Below are positions 53,283-62,985 of a stretch of DNA of 64,000 nt, in pieces. The notes beneath the pieces were generated by a model. The model was not told where the DNA came from, did no database searches, and was given only the letters and a program-made list of their open reading frames with translations. Source of the stretch: Candidatus Shapirobacteria bacterium (GTDB lineage Bacteria > Patescibacteriota > Microgenomatia > PFEM01 > JBDRBL01); assembly GCA_043822685.1 (NCBI GenBank), contig JBDRBL010000003.1:4659-68658 (forward strand), given 5' to 3'. Both the position numbers and the translations under genes were made by a program. Within the stretch, counting starts at the first letter, position 1; each line of letters opens with the position of its first letter.

Positions 53283-54736
53283 AACAACATATCTATAAGG
53301 TGCGGGGCATGCATTGTGCTTCCTGTGAACTTATAATTGAGAAAAAATTAATCCAACTTGAAGGTGTGGAAGCGGTAGATGCTTCTACAACCAAAGAAAC
53401 CGTGACTGTTTTTTATAAAGATGAACTTCCTTCAGAAAGTTTGATTAACAAAGTTTTAAAGGAAGACGGTTATTGTGCTTGTGAAAGTGACAGTAAATTT
53501 GAAAATGTTTCTGTTTCAGGTAAAGGTCTTTTTACCGCCATTGGTATGGCTCTCTTGGTCTTTTTTGGTTTCTTACTACTTAATCGTTTGGGGCTGGCCA
53601 GTTTAGTTAATGTGACGGCTTCTTTGTCCTTGCCAACCTTTCTCTTTTTTGGTTTGCTGGCCGGTGTTTCTACCTGTGCGGCTTTGACAGGGGGGATCGT
53701 TCTTTCGATGTCCAAATCTTGGGGTGGCCGGCGCGAACCACATATTTTATTTAATCTTGGTCGAGTGGTCTCGTATGCTTTGTTTGGTGCCATCTTGGGC
53801 ATAACTGGTAGTAAATTACAATTTTCACCGACTTTTAGCGCTTTTTTGGTGATCGCGGTTTCGATTTTTATGATTCTTACTGGCTTGAAAATGCTGGGAG
53901 TTAAAGCTTTGCGCGGTTTCCAAATTGCTTTACCCAAGTCGTGGACTCGCCAAGCGGTCAACGGCCAAAACTTTCAAGGTAGATACATGTCCTTGATAAT
54001 GGGCGCCTTGACGATTCTTCTTCCGTGTGGTTTTACGATTACCGTGGAAAGTTTAGCTTTATTATCCGGCAACCCGATGCAAGGTGCTTTGATTATGGCC
54101 GCTTTCGCTGTGGGGACGGCACCGGGGTTGTTGGCGATTGGCTTTTCGGCGGTTAAAATGGAAAATTCTTCCCGATCAGTGTTGTTTTCCCAAATTGCTG
54201 GGGCATTGATCTTGCTTTTTGCAATTTTTAACATCAACTCCCAACTTAATGTTTTGAGTTTACCCAGTCTGGACAACTTGAGTATTGGATCTTCGACCAA
54301 AGGGCAAATAATCGGGGCGAGTGATGCGAAAGACGGTTTGGCGCCTATTGTTAATGGTAAACAAGTGTTAAAAATGAACGCCAGCGCTTCCGGTTATTCG
54401 CCTAACTATTTCAAAGTACGCGCCGGCACGCCGGTTCGTTGGGAAATTACCGATACTGGCACCAGCGGTTGTACTAACGCGGTAATGTCCCAAAGTCTTT
54501 TTGAAGGTCAAATTCCTCTGACTCCGGGCCAGACGAGTGTCAAGGAATTCACTCCGGCCAAAGCCGGAAAATATAAATTTAGTTGTTGGATGGGTATGGT
54601 GACCGGAGTTATGGAAGTGATTAATCAAGATGGCTCTGGAGTTGTCAATACCGGCGCGACAGCCGAGATTCCTTCCGGAGCGAAAGGGTGTGGGTGCGGC
54701 GGTGGCGGTGGCAGTAGTTGCGGAGGCGGGAGGTAA
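53279..54736 (+). CDS. fusion protein: N-terminal HMA metal-binding domain + polytopic membrane domain + C-terminal cupredoxin-like domain with a Cys/Gly-rich tail
   Basis: GMHCASCE MxCxxC; about 8 TM; C-terminal GKYKFSCWMGMV cupredoxin-like ligands; tail GCGCGGGGGSSCGGG. Confidence 0.55.
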   Translation: MKQHIYKVRGMHCASCELIIEKKLIQLEGVEAVDASTTKETVTVFYKDELPSESLINKVLKEDGYCACESDSKFENVSVSGKGLFTAIGMALLVFFGFLLLNRLGLASLVNVTASLSLPTFLFFGLLAGVSTCAALTGGIVLSMSKSWGGRREPHILFNLGRVVSYALFGAILGITGSKLQFSPTFSAFLVIAVSIFMILTGLKMLGVKALRGFQIALPKSWTRQAVNGQNFQGRYMSLIMGALTILLPCGFTITVESLALLSGNPMQGALIMAAFAVGTAPGLLAIGFSAVKMENSSRSVLFSQIAGALILLFAIFNINSQLNVLSLPSLDNLSIGSSTKGQIIGASDAKDGLAPIVNGKQVLKMNASASGYSPNYFKVRAGTPVRWEITDTGTSGCTNAVMSQSLFEGQIPLTPGQTSVKEFTPAKAGKYKFSCWMGMVTGVMEVINQDGSGVVNTGATAEIPSGAKGCGCGGGGGSSCGGGR

Positions 54737-54737
54737 C

Positions 54738-54950
54738 ATGGCTAAAGTTATGTTAAATATTACCGGTATGCATTGCACTTCGTGTGCCAAGATAATTAAA
54801 ATGGAGCTTAATGATCACCACGGAGTCATTCGGGCGGAGGTTGACGATGTCAAAAAACAGGCTTTGATAGACATTGATCCCAGTCAGACGGATGTTTCTA
54901 AACTTAAAAAACTCATTAATGATTTGGGTTATCAGGCCGAGGAAGTCTGA
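54738..54950 (+). CDS. copZ: copper chaperone CopZ (HMA domain)
   Basis: GMHCTSCAK; 70 aa; start set at the ATG 54738 preceded by GGAGG. Confidence 0.75.
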   Translation: MAKVMLNITGMHCTSCAKIIKMELNDHHGVIRAEVDDVKKQALIDIDPSQTDVSKLKKLINDLGYQAEEV

Positions 54951-54959
54951 GAAAATTTC

Positions 54960-57383
54960 ATGGACAGTAATAAAATTAAAATAAACGCAATCGGGAATGA
55001 TCCGCTAAAAATTTTTCTGGAAATTAATGTTCATCAATCTGAGCCTGTTGATCAAGTTGAAAATGAACAAACCCAAAACGTTTCCTCAAGGAGGGTAAGT
55101 TTGGTCATTTCAGGTATGCACTGTTCGTCCTGTGCCTTGATTATTGAAAAGTCTCTTAAGAAAATTGCCGGAGTTAAAGAAGCAAATGTCAATTTTGCCG
55201 CCGAAAAAGCGACGATTCAAGTTGAAAACGGAGTTATCGATGAGGTTTTGATAGGGGCGGTTAAAAAAGCCGGGTATGGGGCAACGGTTTTGGATGCTTC
55301 AAATACTGAATTTGAAGCTCAAAAAAAACAACTGGAGATTGGTAGTTTGTTAAAAAGATTTCGCATCAGCTTTATTTTGAGTCTGCCCCTGCTTTATTTT
55401 ATGTTTTTTAATTTTTTTCCAACGCTTCCCGGAAACAAGTTGTTGTTGCCCTATATCGGTCTTATTTCCTTAATTTTGGCCACGCCTGTTCAATTTGTGG
55501 TTGGCGGGAGTTTTTATAAAGGTATGTGGTCGGCCTTGCGCATGAAAACTTTCAATATGGATTCATTAATTGCGATTGGCACTTCGGTGGCATATTTTTA
55601 TAGTTTGATTAACTATTTGACTAAAATTCCGGAGCTTTATTTTGAAACAGCGGCTTTTTTAATTACTTTCGTTACCTTGGGTAAATGGTTGGAAGCCCAA
55701 GCTAAAGGAAAAACTTCGGAAGCGATTAAAAAACTGATGGGGTTACAAGCCAAAACTGCCCGAGTAGTGCGCGATGGGATCACGCAAGATATTCCTTTAG
55801 ATCAAGTCGTTGAGGGCGACACGGTGATTGTTCGGCCCGGGGAAAAAATTCCGGTTGACGGGGTGATTACCAAGGGTTCATCAGCAGTAGACGAATCCAT
55901 GATTACCGGAGAGAGTTTGCCGGTGGAAAAGGTGGTTGAGAGTCGGGTTATCGGCGGGACGATTAATAAAAACGGCAGTTTTGAGTTTACAGCCGATCGT
56001 TTGGGGGCGCAATCAACTTTATCCCAAATTGTGCGTTTGATTGAAGAAGCGCAAGGGTCGAAGGCGCCGATTCAAGCGGTGGCTGATCGGATTTCCGCTT
56101 ACTTTGTGCCGATGGTGATTGGTTTGGCGGTGCTGACCTTTGCCGTGTGGTATTTTGTCTTGGGGGCAACTTTGGGTTTTGCTTTGATGACTTTTACCGC
56201 GGTGATTGTGATTGCCTGTCCGTGCGCTTTGGGTTTGGCCACCCCAACGGCCATTATGGTGGGTACTGGCAAGGGGGCGGAAAACGGGATTTTAATTAAA
56301 GGAGGGGAGCCGTTGGAGATGGCGGGTAAAATCGATACGCTTATTTTTGATAAAACCGGCACGCTGACTAATGGCCAGCCAGTCGTTACGGATGTTGTTG
56401 GTATCAATGATACTGATGATGATGAAGTAATGCAACGGGCCGCCAGTTTGGAAAAACAATCAGAACATCCTTTGGCCGAGGCGATCTATCGCTACGCGCA
56501 AGAAGAGGGCCTAAAGTTAAGCGCGGTGAAGGCTTTTAAGGCGATTCCCGGGCAAGGTGTTCAAGGAAAAATTGAAGATACTTTTTATTATTTTGGCAAC
56601 CGAAAATTAATGACCAACTTTCTTCACCTTGATTTGGAAAAAGTGGAGCGAAAACTGGAGCGTTTGGAGGAACAAGGTAAGACGGCGATGATTTTGGCGA
56701 CACCAAAAAATATTATTGGTCTTATTGCGGTGGCCGATACGATCAAAGCAACTACCCGGGAAGCGATAGAGAAATTAAAAGCCCAGGGCATGGAGCTATA
56801 CATGATTACCGGAGACAATCAGCGGACGGCAGCGGCGATTGCCCAGCAGGTGGGGATTACCAATGTTTTGGCGGAAGTCTTACCGGCCGATAAGGCTTTT
56901 GAAGTCAAAAAGCTTCAAGATTTGGGAAAAAAGGTGGCGATGGTGGGTGACGGTATTAATGACGCGCCGGCTTTGGCTCAAGCCGATTTGGGAATTGCGA
57001 TGGCTTCGGGAACGGATGTGGCGATGGAAACCGGTGGGATCGTGCTGATCAAAAATGATCTGCGCGATGTGGTTCACGCAATTCAACTGGCCAAGGAAAC
57101 GATGGCCAAAATCAGACAAAATTTGTTTTTTGCGCTGTTTTATAATGTCATGGGGATTCCGATTGCGGCGCGTGCTTTGATTGGCGTGGGGCTGGTTTTA
57201 AAGCCCGAGCTGGCCGGTTTGGCGATGGCTTTGAGCTCGATTTCGGTGGTTTCTAACTCTCTGCTTTTAAAATATTTTCGACCAGGCAAGAGAAACTATG
57301 CCTCGATCTTTGCTCCGGCAGTCATGATGTTGGTTTTTTCGCTGTTATTTTTCGAGTTTGCCCGTTTTTCCGCCGGCATGTGA
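54960..57383 (+). CDS. copA: copper-translocating P1B-type ATPase
   Basis: N-terminal [14 protein letters not shown] in TM6, [15 protein letters not shown]. Confidence 0.9.
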   Translation: MDSNKIKINAIGNDPLKIFLEINVHQSEPVDQVENEQTQNVSSRRVSLVISGMHCSSCALIIEKSLKKIAGVKEANVNFAAEKATIQVENGVIDEVLIGAVKKAGYGATVLDASNTEFEAQKKQLEIGSLLKRFRISFILSLPLLYFMFFNFFPTLPGNKLLLPYIGLISLILATPVQFVVGGSFYKGMWSALRMKTFNMDSLIAIGTSVAYFYSLINYLTKIPELYFETAAFLITFVTLGKWLEAQAKGKTSEAIKKLMGLQAKTARVVRDGITQDIPLDQVVEGDTVIVRPGEKIPVDGVITKGSSAVDESMITGESLPVEKVVESRVIGGTINKNGSFEFTADRLGAQSTLSQIVRLIEEAQGSKAPIQAVADRISAYFVPMVIGLAVLTFAVWYFVLGATLGFALMTFTAVIVIACPCALGLATPTAIMVGTGKGAENGILIKGGEPLEMAGKIDTLIFDKTGTLTNGQPVVTDVVGINDTDDDEVMQRAASLEKQSEHPLAEAIYRYAQEEGLKLSAVKAFKAIPGQGVQGKIEDTFYYFGNRKLMTNFLHLDLEKVERKLERLEEQGKTAMILATPKNIIGLIAVADTIKATTREAIEKLKAQGMELYMITGDNQRTAAAIAQQVGITNVLAEVLPADKAFEVKKLQDLGKKVAMVGDGINDAPALAQADLGIAMASGTDVAMETGGIVLIKNDLRDVVHAIQLAKETMAKIRQNLFFALFYNVMGIPIAARALIGVGLVLKPELAGLAMALSSISVVSNSLLLKYFRPGKRNYASIFAPAVMMLVFSLLFFEFARFSAGM

Positions 57384-57395
57384 TAAAATCAAGGT

Positions 57396-57734
57396 ATGAA
57401 ATTGGTGGATGCGGTTTTGAGTCAAAAAGAAATCGTGGAGTTGCACAAACACTATGGCGGTTATGTAAAAATTACGGCAGAAATTGAAAAAGAAGAATTG
57501 ATTGTTGGAACGGAACTCCACGCCGACGGGGAAAAAGTTTTACTGACTCGTGGCGGCCAACAAGACAATATTTGGGGTGGGGGAATTGATTTGGAGGCCA
57601 AGATTGTGGATACTACAGCCGTTTTGAATTTGCGCCCGTGTTTGGGCAATGACAGTTTGGAAATTCTTTTACCGGAAAAAAGAGAAAAATTTATTAAGTT
57701 GGTCAAAAAATATTTTGTCAAGTTATGGTCTTAG
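57396..57734 (+). CDS. uncharacterized 112-aa protein, cassette copy A, gene 1
   Basis: paralog of 59744-60082, sharing H.HYGGY..IT, HADGEK.LL, NIWGGGI.LE, NLR. Confidence 0.5.
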   Translation: MKLVDAVLSQKEIVELHKHYGGYVKITAEIEKEELIVGTELHADGEKVLLTRGGQQDNIWGGGIDLEAKIVDTTAVLNLRPCLGNDSLEILLPEKREKFIKLVKKYFVKLWS

Positions 57735-57940
57735 ACAAAAAAAGTCTTAAAGCGGATGCTTTGGCCAATCTGTATCGGGCGGCGTATTATTTGGCTAAAG
57801 GTCAGACCTCAACCAGTCGGCTTTTATTGGCCCGCGCTCAAAAAATTTTAAATTTTAATTTGGATCTCGATGCTTCTCGATCCGATCTTTACTGGGCGGA
57901 AAAAATTCTCGATCAGTATCAAAAACAAAAAGTTCAATAG
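57725..57940 (+). CDS. uncharacterized 71-aa helical protein, cassette copy A, gene 2 (translationally coupled)
   Basis: 10-nt overlap with gene 1; paralog of 60075-60323 (shared L..L.RAA...A.AQKIL). Confidence 0.45.
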   Translation: MVLDKKSLKADALANLYRAAYYLAKGQTSTSRLLLARAQKILNFNLDLDASRSDLYWAEKILDQYQKQKVQ

Positions 57941-57966
57941 TTCGAATTATTGAAGTATTTATTTTA

Positions 57967-57992
57967 CTATGATGATATGAATCATCGTAGTG
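57967..57992. repeat. copy of the palindromic element between convergent genes
   Basis: CTATGATGATATGAATCATCGTAGTG. Confidence 0.45.
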
Positions 57993-58242
57993 ATTTTGTG
58001 AGGGTGATTCTTTTGTTGGGAAAGTCGAACTGTAATTCATAATCAGCAAAGAGTGAGGTGCCGGCCAAAGCCTCCGAACCGGCCGTCAAAGTTGCCGGGA
58101 CCGTTTTGGGATGATCTTTTTCATCCTCAATGGCTAAGTATTTACCCAAGTTCTTTTCTTCCATTTTGCTACTGATTTTCTGGTAAATAGCCAGACCTTT
58201 TTGAGAAAGCTCTTCAGGATAAACGGTTGGCAAGGAATTCAT
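57982..58242 (-). CDS. hypothetical protein
   Basis: ORF track only. Confidence 0.3.
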   Translation of the reverse strand: MNSLPTVYPEELSQKGLAIYQKISSKMEEKNLGKYLAIEDEKDHPKTVPATLTAGSEALAGTSLFADYELQFDFPNKRITLTKSLR

Positions 58243-58276
58243 GCTTTTAGTTTACCAAAATGGTATGATTATTTCA

Positions 58277-58951
58277 ATGCGTCAAATTACCGTTATCAAG
58301 TGGGATGGGCGGAAAGAGCCGTATGAGCAGAATAAGGTCGTTGCCTCGCTCGTGCGCTCTGGGGTTGGTCAAGCCGATTTGGGCAAACTTTTGGGCGAAA
58401 TTGAAGGCGAATTGACCGATCCGATCACCACCAAACGGCTTTTTGAAATTGTTGATAATATTTTGGGTCTGTACAAACTGGAAAAACCGCGAGAGCAATA
58501 TCATTTGCGGGACAAACTGGCGGTAATGGATCCGTTTGAGTTTGAAAAATTTATCCAAAAGATTTTGGAAGAAGAGGGTTATCAATGTGAAGGGAACGTA
58601 GTCGTGCCGGGTTTTTGGGTGGAACACCAGATAGATGTCGTGGCACAAAAGGGTGATAAGGTTGTGATGGTGGAGGTGAAGCATCATGACAATCCCCATC
58701 GACTGACCGGTTTGGGCGATGCCTGTGAGTTGTGGGCGAGGCTGGAAGATTTGGAGCATGGCTATCGGGAAAGCAAAAATCCTTATAATTTCAATCAGGC
58801 GTGGCTGGTGGTCAATACTAAATTTTCCGAACACGCGATCAGATATGCCAAGGGGAAAAATTTGTGGCTGACGGGCTGGCGGTATCAATTAAAAGATGGC
58901 ATTGAAGTCCGAGACGGGCTTGAAAAACAGATAGAAAAAGATTTAATTTAG
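58277..58951 (+). CDS. ATP-cone domain fused to an Mrr-like (PD-(D/E)xK) restriction endonuclease domain
   Basis: ITVIKWDGRKEPYEQNKVVASL...YHLRDK ATP-cone pattern; PFEFEKFIQKILEEEGYQ...DVVAQKGDKVVMVEVKHH Mrr_cat; start set at 58277 just after a TG-extended -10 GGTATGAT. Confidence 0.55.
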   Translation: MRQITVIKWDGRKEPYEQNKVVASLVRSGVGQADLGKLLGEIEGELTDPITTKRLFEIVDNILGLYKLEKPREQYHLRDKLAVMDPFEFEKFIQKILEEEGYQCEGNVVVPGFWVEHQIDVVAQKGDKVVMVEVKHHDNPHRLTGLGDACELWARLEDLEHGYRESKNPYNFNQAWLVVNTKFSEHAIRYAKGKNLWLTGWRYQLKDGIEVRDGLEKQIEKDLI

Positions 58952-58966
58952 TTTAAAGGAGGTTGT

Positions 58967-59725
58967 ATGTTTGATTTAACGGGCAAAAAGGCATTGGTGA
59001 CGGGGGGGTCAAGAGGGATTGGCCGGGGAATTGCTTTGGCGCTGGCCAAACAAGGAGCCGATGTGGCGGTCAATTATCGCTCTAATCAAGTCGCGGCTGA
59101 AGCGGTTGTTGGAGAGATTAAAGCGTTGGGTCGGCAATCTTTGGCTATCCAAGCCGATGTGGCGCAAAAAGCTTCGGTCGTGGCGATGTTTGAGCAAATA
59201 AAAAGCCAGTGGGGAAAATTGGATATTTTGGTCAACAACGCCGGGATTGTATTTTCCCTGCCGGTGGAGCAAACAACCGAGCAACAATGGGATCAGACTT
59301 TGGCGACCAACCTAAAAGGCCAATTTTTGTGTGTCCAAGAAGTCCTAAAAATGATGGGCCAAGGCGGTCGGATTATTAATTTAAGTTCGATTGCTTCCGG
59401 TGGAGTGGGAGCCGGTTTTGGCAACTCGTCGGCCTATGTGGCCTCCAAGGGCGGGGTAATCGGCTTGGTTGAGGATTTGGCCGTGGAGTTGGCGCCCAAA
59501 GGAATTAATATTAATGCCATTGCCCCAGGAATTATTGCCACCGATATGACGAAAGAGTTTTTGGGCGACGAACAGGTGAAAGCGGGCTTTTTGGCGAAAA
59601 TTCCCAAAAAACGCCTTGGCAAGCCGGAAGACATCGGCGCGGCGGCGGTTTATTTGGCCTCCGATGAGGCGGATTATGTCACCGGCACGGTTTTGTACGT
59701 CGACGGCGGCTGGCTGACGGGGTAA
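58967..59725 (+). CDS. fabG: SDR family 3-oxoacyl-ACP reductase-like oxidoreductase
   Basis: TGGSRGIGRGIA cofactor motif, NNAG, catalytic YVASK. Confidence 0.8.
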   Translation: MFDLTGKKALVTGGSRGIGRGIALALAKQGADVAVNYRSNQVAAEAVVGEIKALGRQSLAIQADVAQKASVVAMFEQIKSQWGKLDILVNNAGIVFSLPVEQTTEQQWDQTLATNLKGQFLCVQEVLKMMGQGGRIINLSSIASGGVGAGFGNSSAYVASKGGVIGLVEDLAVELAPKGININAIAPGIIATDMTKEFLGDEQVKAGFLAKIPKKRLGKPEDIGAAAVYLASDEADYVTGTVLYVDGGWLTG

Positions 59726-59743
59726 TGTGGTAAAATTGGTTCA

Positions 59744-60082
59744 ATGGCGATCGTTTTAACCAAAAACAATTTATCTTTGGCTGATTTTCGGAAGGCTTGT
59801 GGGGATTATGAAAGTTATCTGAAAATTACCATTGATATTGAGCAAGAAATTACAGCTCTGGGTGGTGAATATCACGCGGATGCGGAAAAGATTTTGCTGG
59901 AACAGGGTTCAAAGCAAAAAAACATTTGGGGTGGAGGGATTAATTTGGAAACCGGTCAATACGAAACGATGGCGATGGTTAATTTGCGCGCTGGTCGTAA
60001 CAACAGTACCGATATTTTAGATGCTCAAGCGAGAAATAAATTTTTAAAATTGGCCCAAAAGATTTTGCAAGCATATGTCTGA
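59744..60082 (+). CDS. uncharacterized 112-aa protein, cassette copy B, gene 1
   Basis: paralog of 57396-57734. Confidence 0.5.
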   Translation: MAIVLTKNNLSLADFRKACGDYESYLKITIDIEQEITALGGEYHADAEKILLEQGSKQKNIWGGGINLETGQYETMAMVNLRAGRNNSTDILDAQARNKFLKLAQKILQAYV

Positions 60083-60323
60083 TCGAGAGAAAAAAATCCT
60101 GAATTGTTTTACCGATTTGCAACGGGCGGCGGTGGCTTGCGCGACGCAAGGTTGGCAAACCGAAAAAATTTTTCTTGCTCATGCCCAGAAAATTTTGCAT
60201 GATTTGCGTTTGCCAGCGGTTTTGTGGGCCATTAGGCAGGCAGAGCAGATGACCAATTCTGTTTACCGTGCCGACAAACTCTTGACTCTTGGCTTAAGAT
60301 TAAAAGGTGGTTGGGAGGTTTAA
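60075..60323 (+). CDS. uncharacterized 82-aa helical protein, cassette copy B, gene 2
   Basis: 8-nt overlap with gene 1; paralog of 57725-57940. Confidence 0.45.
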   Translation: MSDREKKILNCFTDLQRAAVACATQGWQTEKIFLAHAQKILHDLRLPAVLWAIRQAEQMTNSVYRADKLLTLGLRLKGGWEV

Positions 60324-60628
60324 TGACCGATGCAGATTTTTTGAATTCGGACATACCGGTATTGGTGGATTTTTACGCTGACTGGTGCGGACCATGCCAG
60401 ATGGCCGGGCCGGTGCTGGAGAAGATCGCGGCTGATTACAAAGGCAAGATTAAGCTGGTAAAAATTAACGTAGATGAAAATCAGGCCTTGGCACAAAAAT
60501 ATGGCGTGGCGAGTATTCCGACGGTGATTTTGTTTAAAGAGGGCAAAGAAAAAGAGAGAGTTATGGGGTATCAGGGAGATGAGGGATATCGTAATTTAAT
60601 TTTGAAAAATTTAAAAATTAAAAATTAA
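60311..60628 (+). CDS. trxA: thioredoxin
   Basis: WCGPC active site. Confidence 0.85.
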   Translation: MGGLMTDADFLNSDIPVLVDFYADWCGPCQMAGPVLEKIAADYKGKIKLVKINVDENQALAQKYGVASIPTVILFKEGKEKERVMGYQGDEGYRNLILKNLKIKN

Positions 60629-60639
60629 AAATTGTTTTA

Positions 60640-61566
60640 GTGTTTATGTATGATTTAATTATTGTCGGCGCGGGACCGGCGGGCTTGACGGCCTCGATTT
60701 ACGCTTCGCGCTATCGCTTGTCCAATTTAGTTGTTGGTCAACAACTGGGCGGAACAATTACGTTGGCTCATAAGGTGGAAAATTTTCCCGGTTTTGAAAG
60801 TATTTCCGGTTTGGAGTTGGCGCAAAAAATGGCCAATCAAGCCAAAAAACTGGGAGGCGAGATTATTTTGGCGGGAGTGGATAGGATAGAAAAGGGAGAG
60901 AAGGGATATCGGGCGCATGAGGATGGTGGAGAAAATCGGGTTTGGAAGGCCAAAACGCTGATTATTACTACCGGGACTCGGAGACGTAAACTGGAAATTC
61001 CGGGCGAGAAAGAGTATCTGGGCCGGGGCGTTTCCTACTGCACTAATTGTGACGCGCCCTTTTTTAAAGATAAGGTCGTCGCGGTCGTGGGTGGTTCGGA
61101 TGCGGCCGTTTCCGGCGCTATTCATCTGTCTGGCTTCGCTGGGCTGGTCTACCTTATTTATCGCAAAGACCAATTGCGCGCCGAGCCGATGTGGAATCAG
61201 CAGGCCGTAGGTAATTCTAAGATCAAAGTGATTTACAAGACGAACGTAATTAGAATAATAGGAGAGGAAAGAGTTGGAAGTGTAGAGCTAGATAAAGAAT
61301 ATCTAGGGAAAAAAGAATTGGCGGTCGACGGCGTGTTTATTGAAATCGGCGGGACGCCGGGGAGTAATTTACTGGCACGTTTGGGCGGAAAAACTGACAA
61401 GGCGGGCTTTGTGATTGTCGATGAAAAAATGGCCACCAATTTACCCGGAGTTTTTGCCGCGGGCGACTTCACCAATCAAAGTAAATATTTATCTCAAGCG
61501 ATCATCGCTTGTGCCCAAGGCGCCACGGCGGCTTTTAGCGCTTTTAAATATGACCGATCCATTTGA
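60640..61566 (+). CDS. trxB: thioredoxin-disulfide reductase
   Basis: GAGPAGLTA FAD motif, redox-active CTNC, second Rossmann GGSDAAVSGA. Confidence 0.85.
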   Translation: MFMYDLIIVGAGPAGLTASIYASRYRLSNLVVGQQLGGTITLAHKVENFPGFESISGLELAQKMANQAKKLGGEIILAGVDRIEKGEKGYRAHEDGGENRVWKAKTLIITTGTRRRKLEIPGEKEYLGRGVSYCTNCDAPFFKDKVVAVVGGSDAAVSGAIHLSGFAGLVYLIYRKDQLRAEPMWNQQAVGNSKIKVIYKTNVIRIIGEERVGSVELDKEYLGKKELAVDGVFIEIGGTPGSNLLARLGGKTDKAGFVIVDEKMATNLPGVFAAGDFTNQSKYLSQAIIACAQGATAAFSAFKYDRSI

Positions 61567-62791
61567 CAATGCGCAAAAACAACTTGATAAACTGGCCGAA
61601 TATCTCCAAATTGCGCCGGAAGTTTTGGTTCGGTTAAAGACGCCCCAGCGAGTTTTGGAGGTGAATTTTCCGATTAAGATGGATGATGGGACGGTGCAAG
61701 TCTTTAGGGGTTTTCGGTCACAGCACAATAACGCTCGAGGACCCTACAAGGGTGGCATTCGTTTTCATCCCAATGTTACTCGCGAGGAGGTGACGGCGCT
61801 TTCGCTTTGGATGACCTGGAAATGCGCCATTGCTGATGTACCTTATGGGGGAGGAAAAGGGGGCGTGATTGTGGATCCCTCCAAACTTTCAAAACGAGAA
61901 TTAGAGCGCCTCTCGCGTGCCTATGCTCGAGCGATTGCGCCGATTATTGGCCCAAAAACCGATATTCCCGCCCCGGATGTCAACACCGACAGTCAAGTAA
62001 TGGCTTGGATGGTGGATGAGTACACAAGAAGTCAACAGTTAACAGTTAATAGTCAACAGTCAAAACTTTTAGCTGCCTTTACCGGCAAGCCGATTAACTT
62101 GGGGGGAAGTTTGGGGCGGGAGAAAGCCACTGGCCGTGGGGGGTTGTATGTTCTTCAGGCGTTGACAAAGCAATTAGCCATTAACAATCAACAATTAACT
62201 ATTGCCGTGCAGGGTTTTGGCAATGTCGGTTACTGGTTTGCCAAACTGGCCGAAGAAGCCGGATTCAAAATTGTTGCCGTTTCGGATTCCAGGGGCGGAG
62301 TGATAGGGGAGATCAGGGTGGATAGGTTGATGAGATGGAAAGAAAAAACGGGGTCAGTCATTGGTTTTGCGAAGACAAAAACAATTTCTAATAATGAATT
62401 ACTCCTGACTAAATGTGATATTTTAGTGCCGGCGGCGTTGGAAAATGTGATTACCGATAAGAATGCGGCTGGAATCAAGGCGAAAATTGTTTTGGAATTG
62501 GCCAATGGGCCAACCACGCCCAAGGCGGATGAAGTTTTATTCAAGAAGAAAATTATTGTGATTCCGGATGTTTTAGCTAATTCTGGTGGCGTGACCGTTT
62601 CCTATTTTGAATGGTTGCAGAATTTAAAAAGGGAGCGGTGGTCGGAAGATAAGGTCAATCGAAAATTAAAATTAAAGATGCTTCGGGCGTTTGGGGCGGT
62701 TTGGCAGACCATGCAGGAAAAAAAGCTGGATGGCCGCACCGCGGCTTATGTTTTAGCGATTGACAGAGTAATAAAGGCGATGTTAAAGTGA
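61550..62791 (+). CDS. gdhA: NAD(P)-glutamate dehydrogenase
   Basis: KGGIRFHP motif; start moved to the ATG at 61550 (MTDPFDNAQ), 17-nt overlap with trxB; contains a heptamer-repeat insert at 62034-62061. Confidence 0.85.
   Translation: MTDPFDNAQKQLDKLAEYLQIAPEVLVRLKTPQRVLEVNFPIKMDDGTVQVFRGFRSQHNNARGPYKGGIRFHPNVTREEVTALSLWMTWKCAIADVPYGGGKGGVIVDPSKLSKRELERLSRAYARAIAPIIGPKTDIPAPDVNTDSQVMAWMVDEYTRSQQLTVNSQQSKLLAAFTGKPINLGGSLGREKATGRGGLYVLQALTKQLAINNQQLTIAVQGFGNVGYWFAKLAEEAGFKIVAVSDSRGGVIGEIRVDRLMRWKEKTGSVIGFAKTKTISNNELLLTKCDILVPAALENVITDKNAAGIKAKIVLELANGPTTPKADEVLFKKKIIVIPDVLANSGGVTVSYFEWLQNLKRERWSEDKVNRKLKLKMLRAFGAVWQTMQEKKLDGRTAAYVLAIDRVIKAMLK
62034..62061. repeat. heptamer repeat (CAACAGT TAACAGT TAATAGT CAACAGT) inside the gdh CDS
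   Basis: read directly; encodes QQLTVNSQQS. Confidence 0.5.
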
Positions 62792-62985
62792 AAAGCATGA
62801 ATTTCGTGGTTGACCCAAAATTGTGTATTGGCTGTGGAACGTGTGTGGCGCTTGCCGGCAAGAGTTTTAAGATGAATGATCAGGGCAAAGCGGAGGCAAT
62901 TAATCCTCCCGGTGATGAAGAAAAAATAATTGGAGAAGTAATTGACAGCTGTCCGGTCGCGGCGATTGAGGAGGTTCATGGCTAA
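62788..62985 (+). CDS. small ferredoxin (single cluster)
   Basis: CIGCGTC...CP cluster motif. Confidence 0.7.
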   Translation: MKSMNFVVDPKLCIGCGTCVALAGKSFKMNDQGKAEAINPPGDEEKIIGEVIDSCPVAAIEEVHG

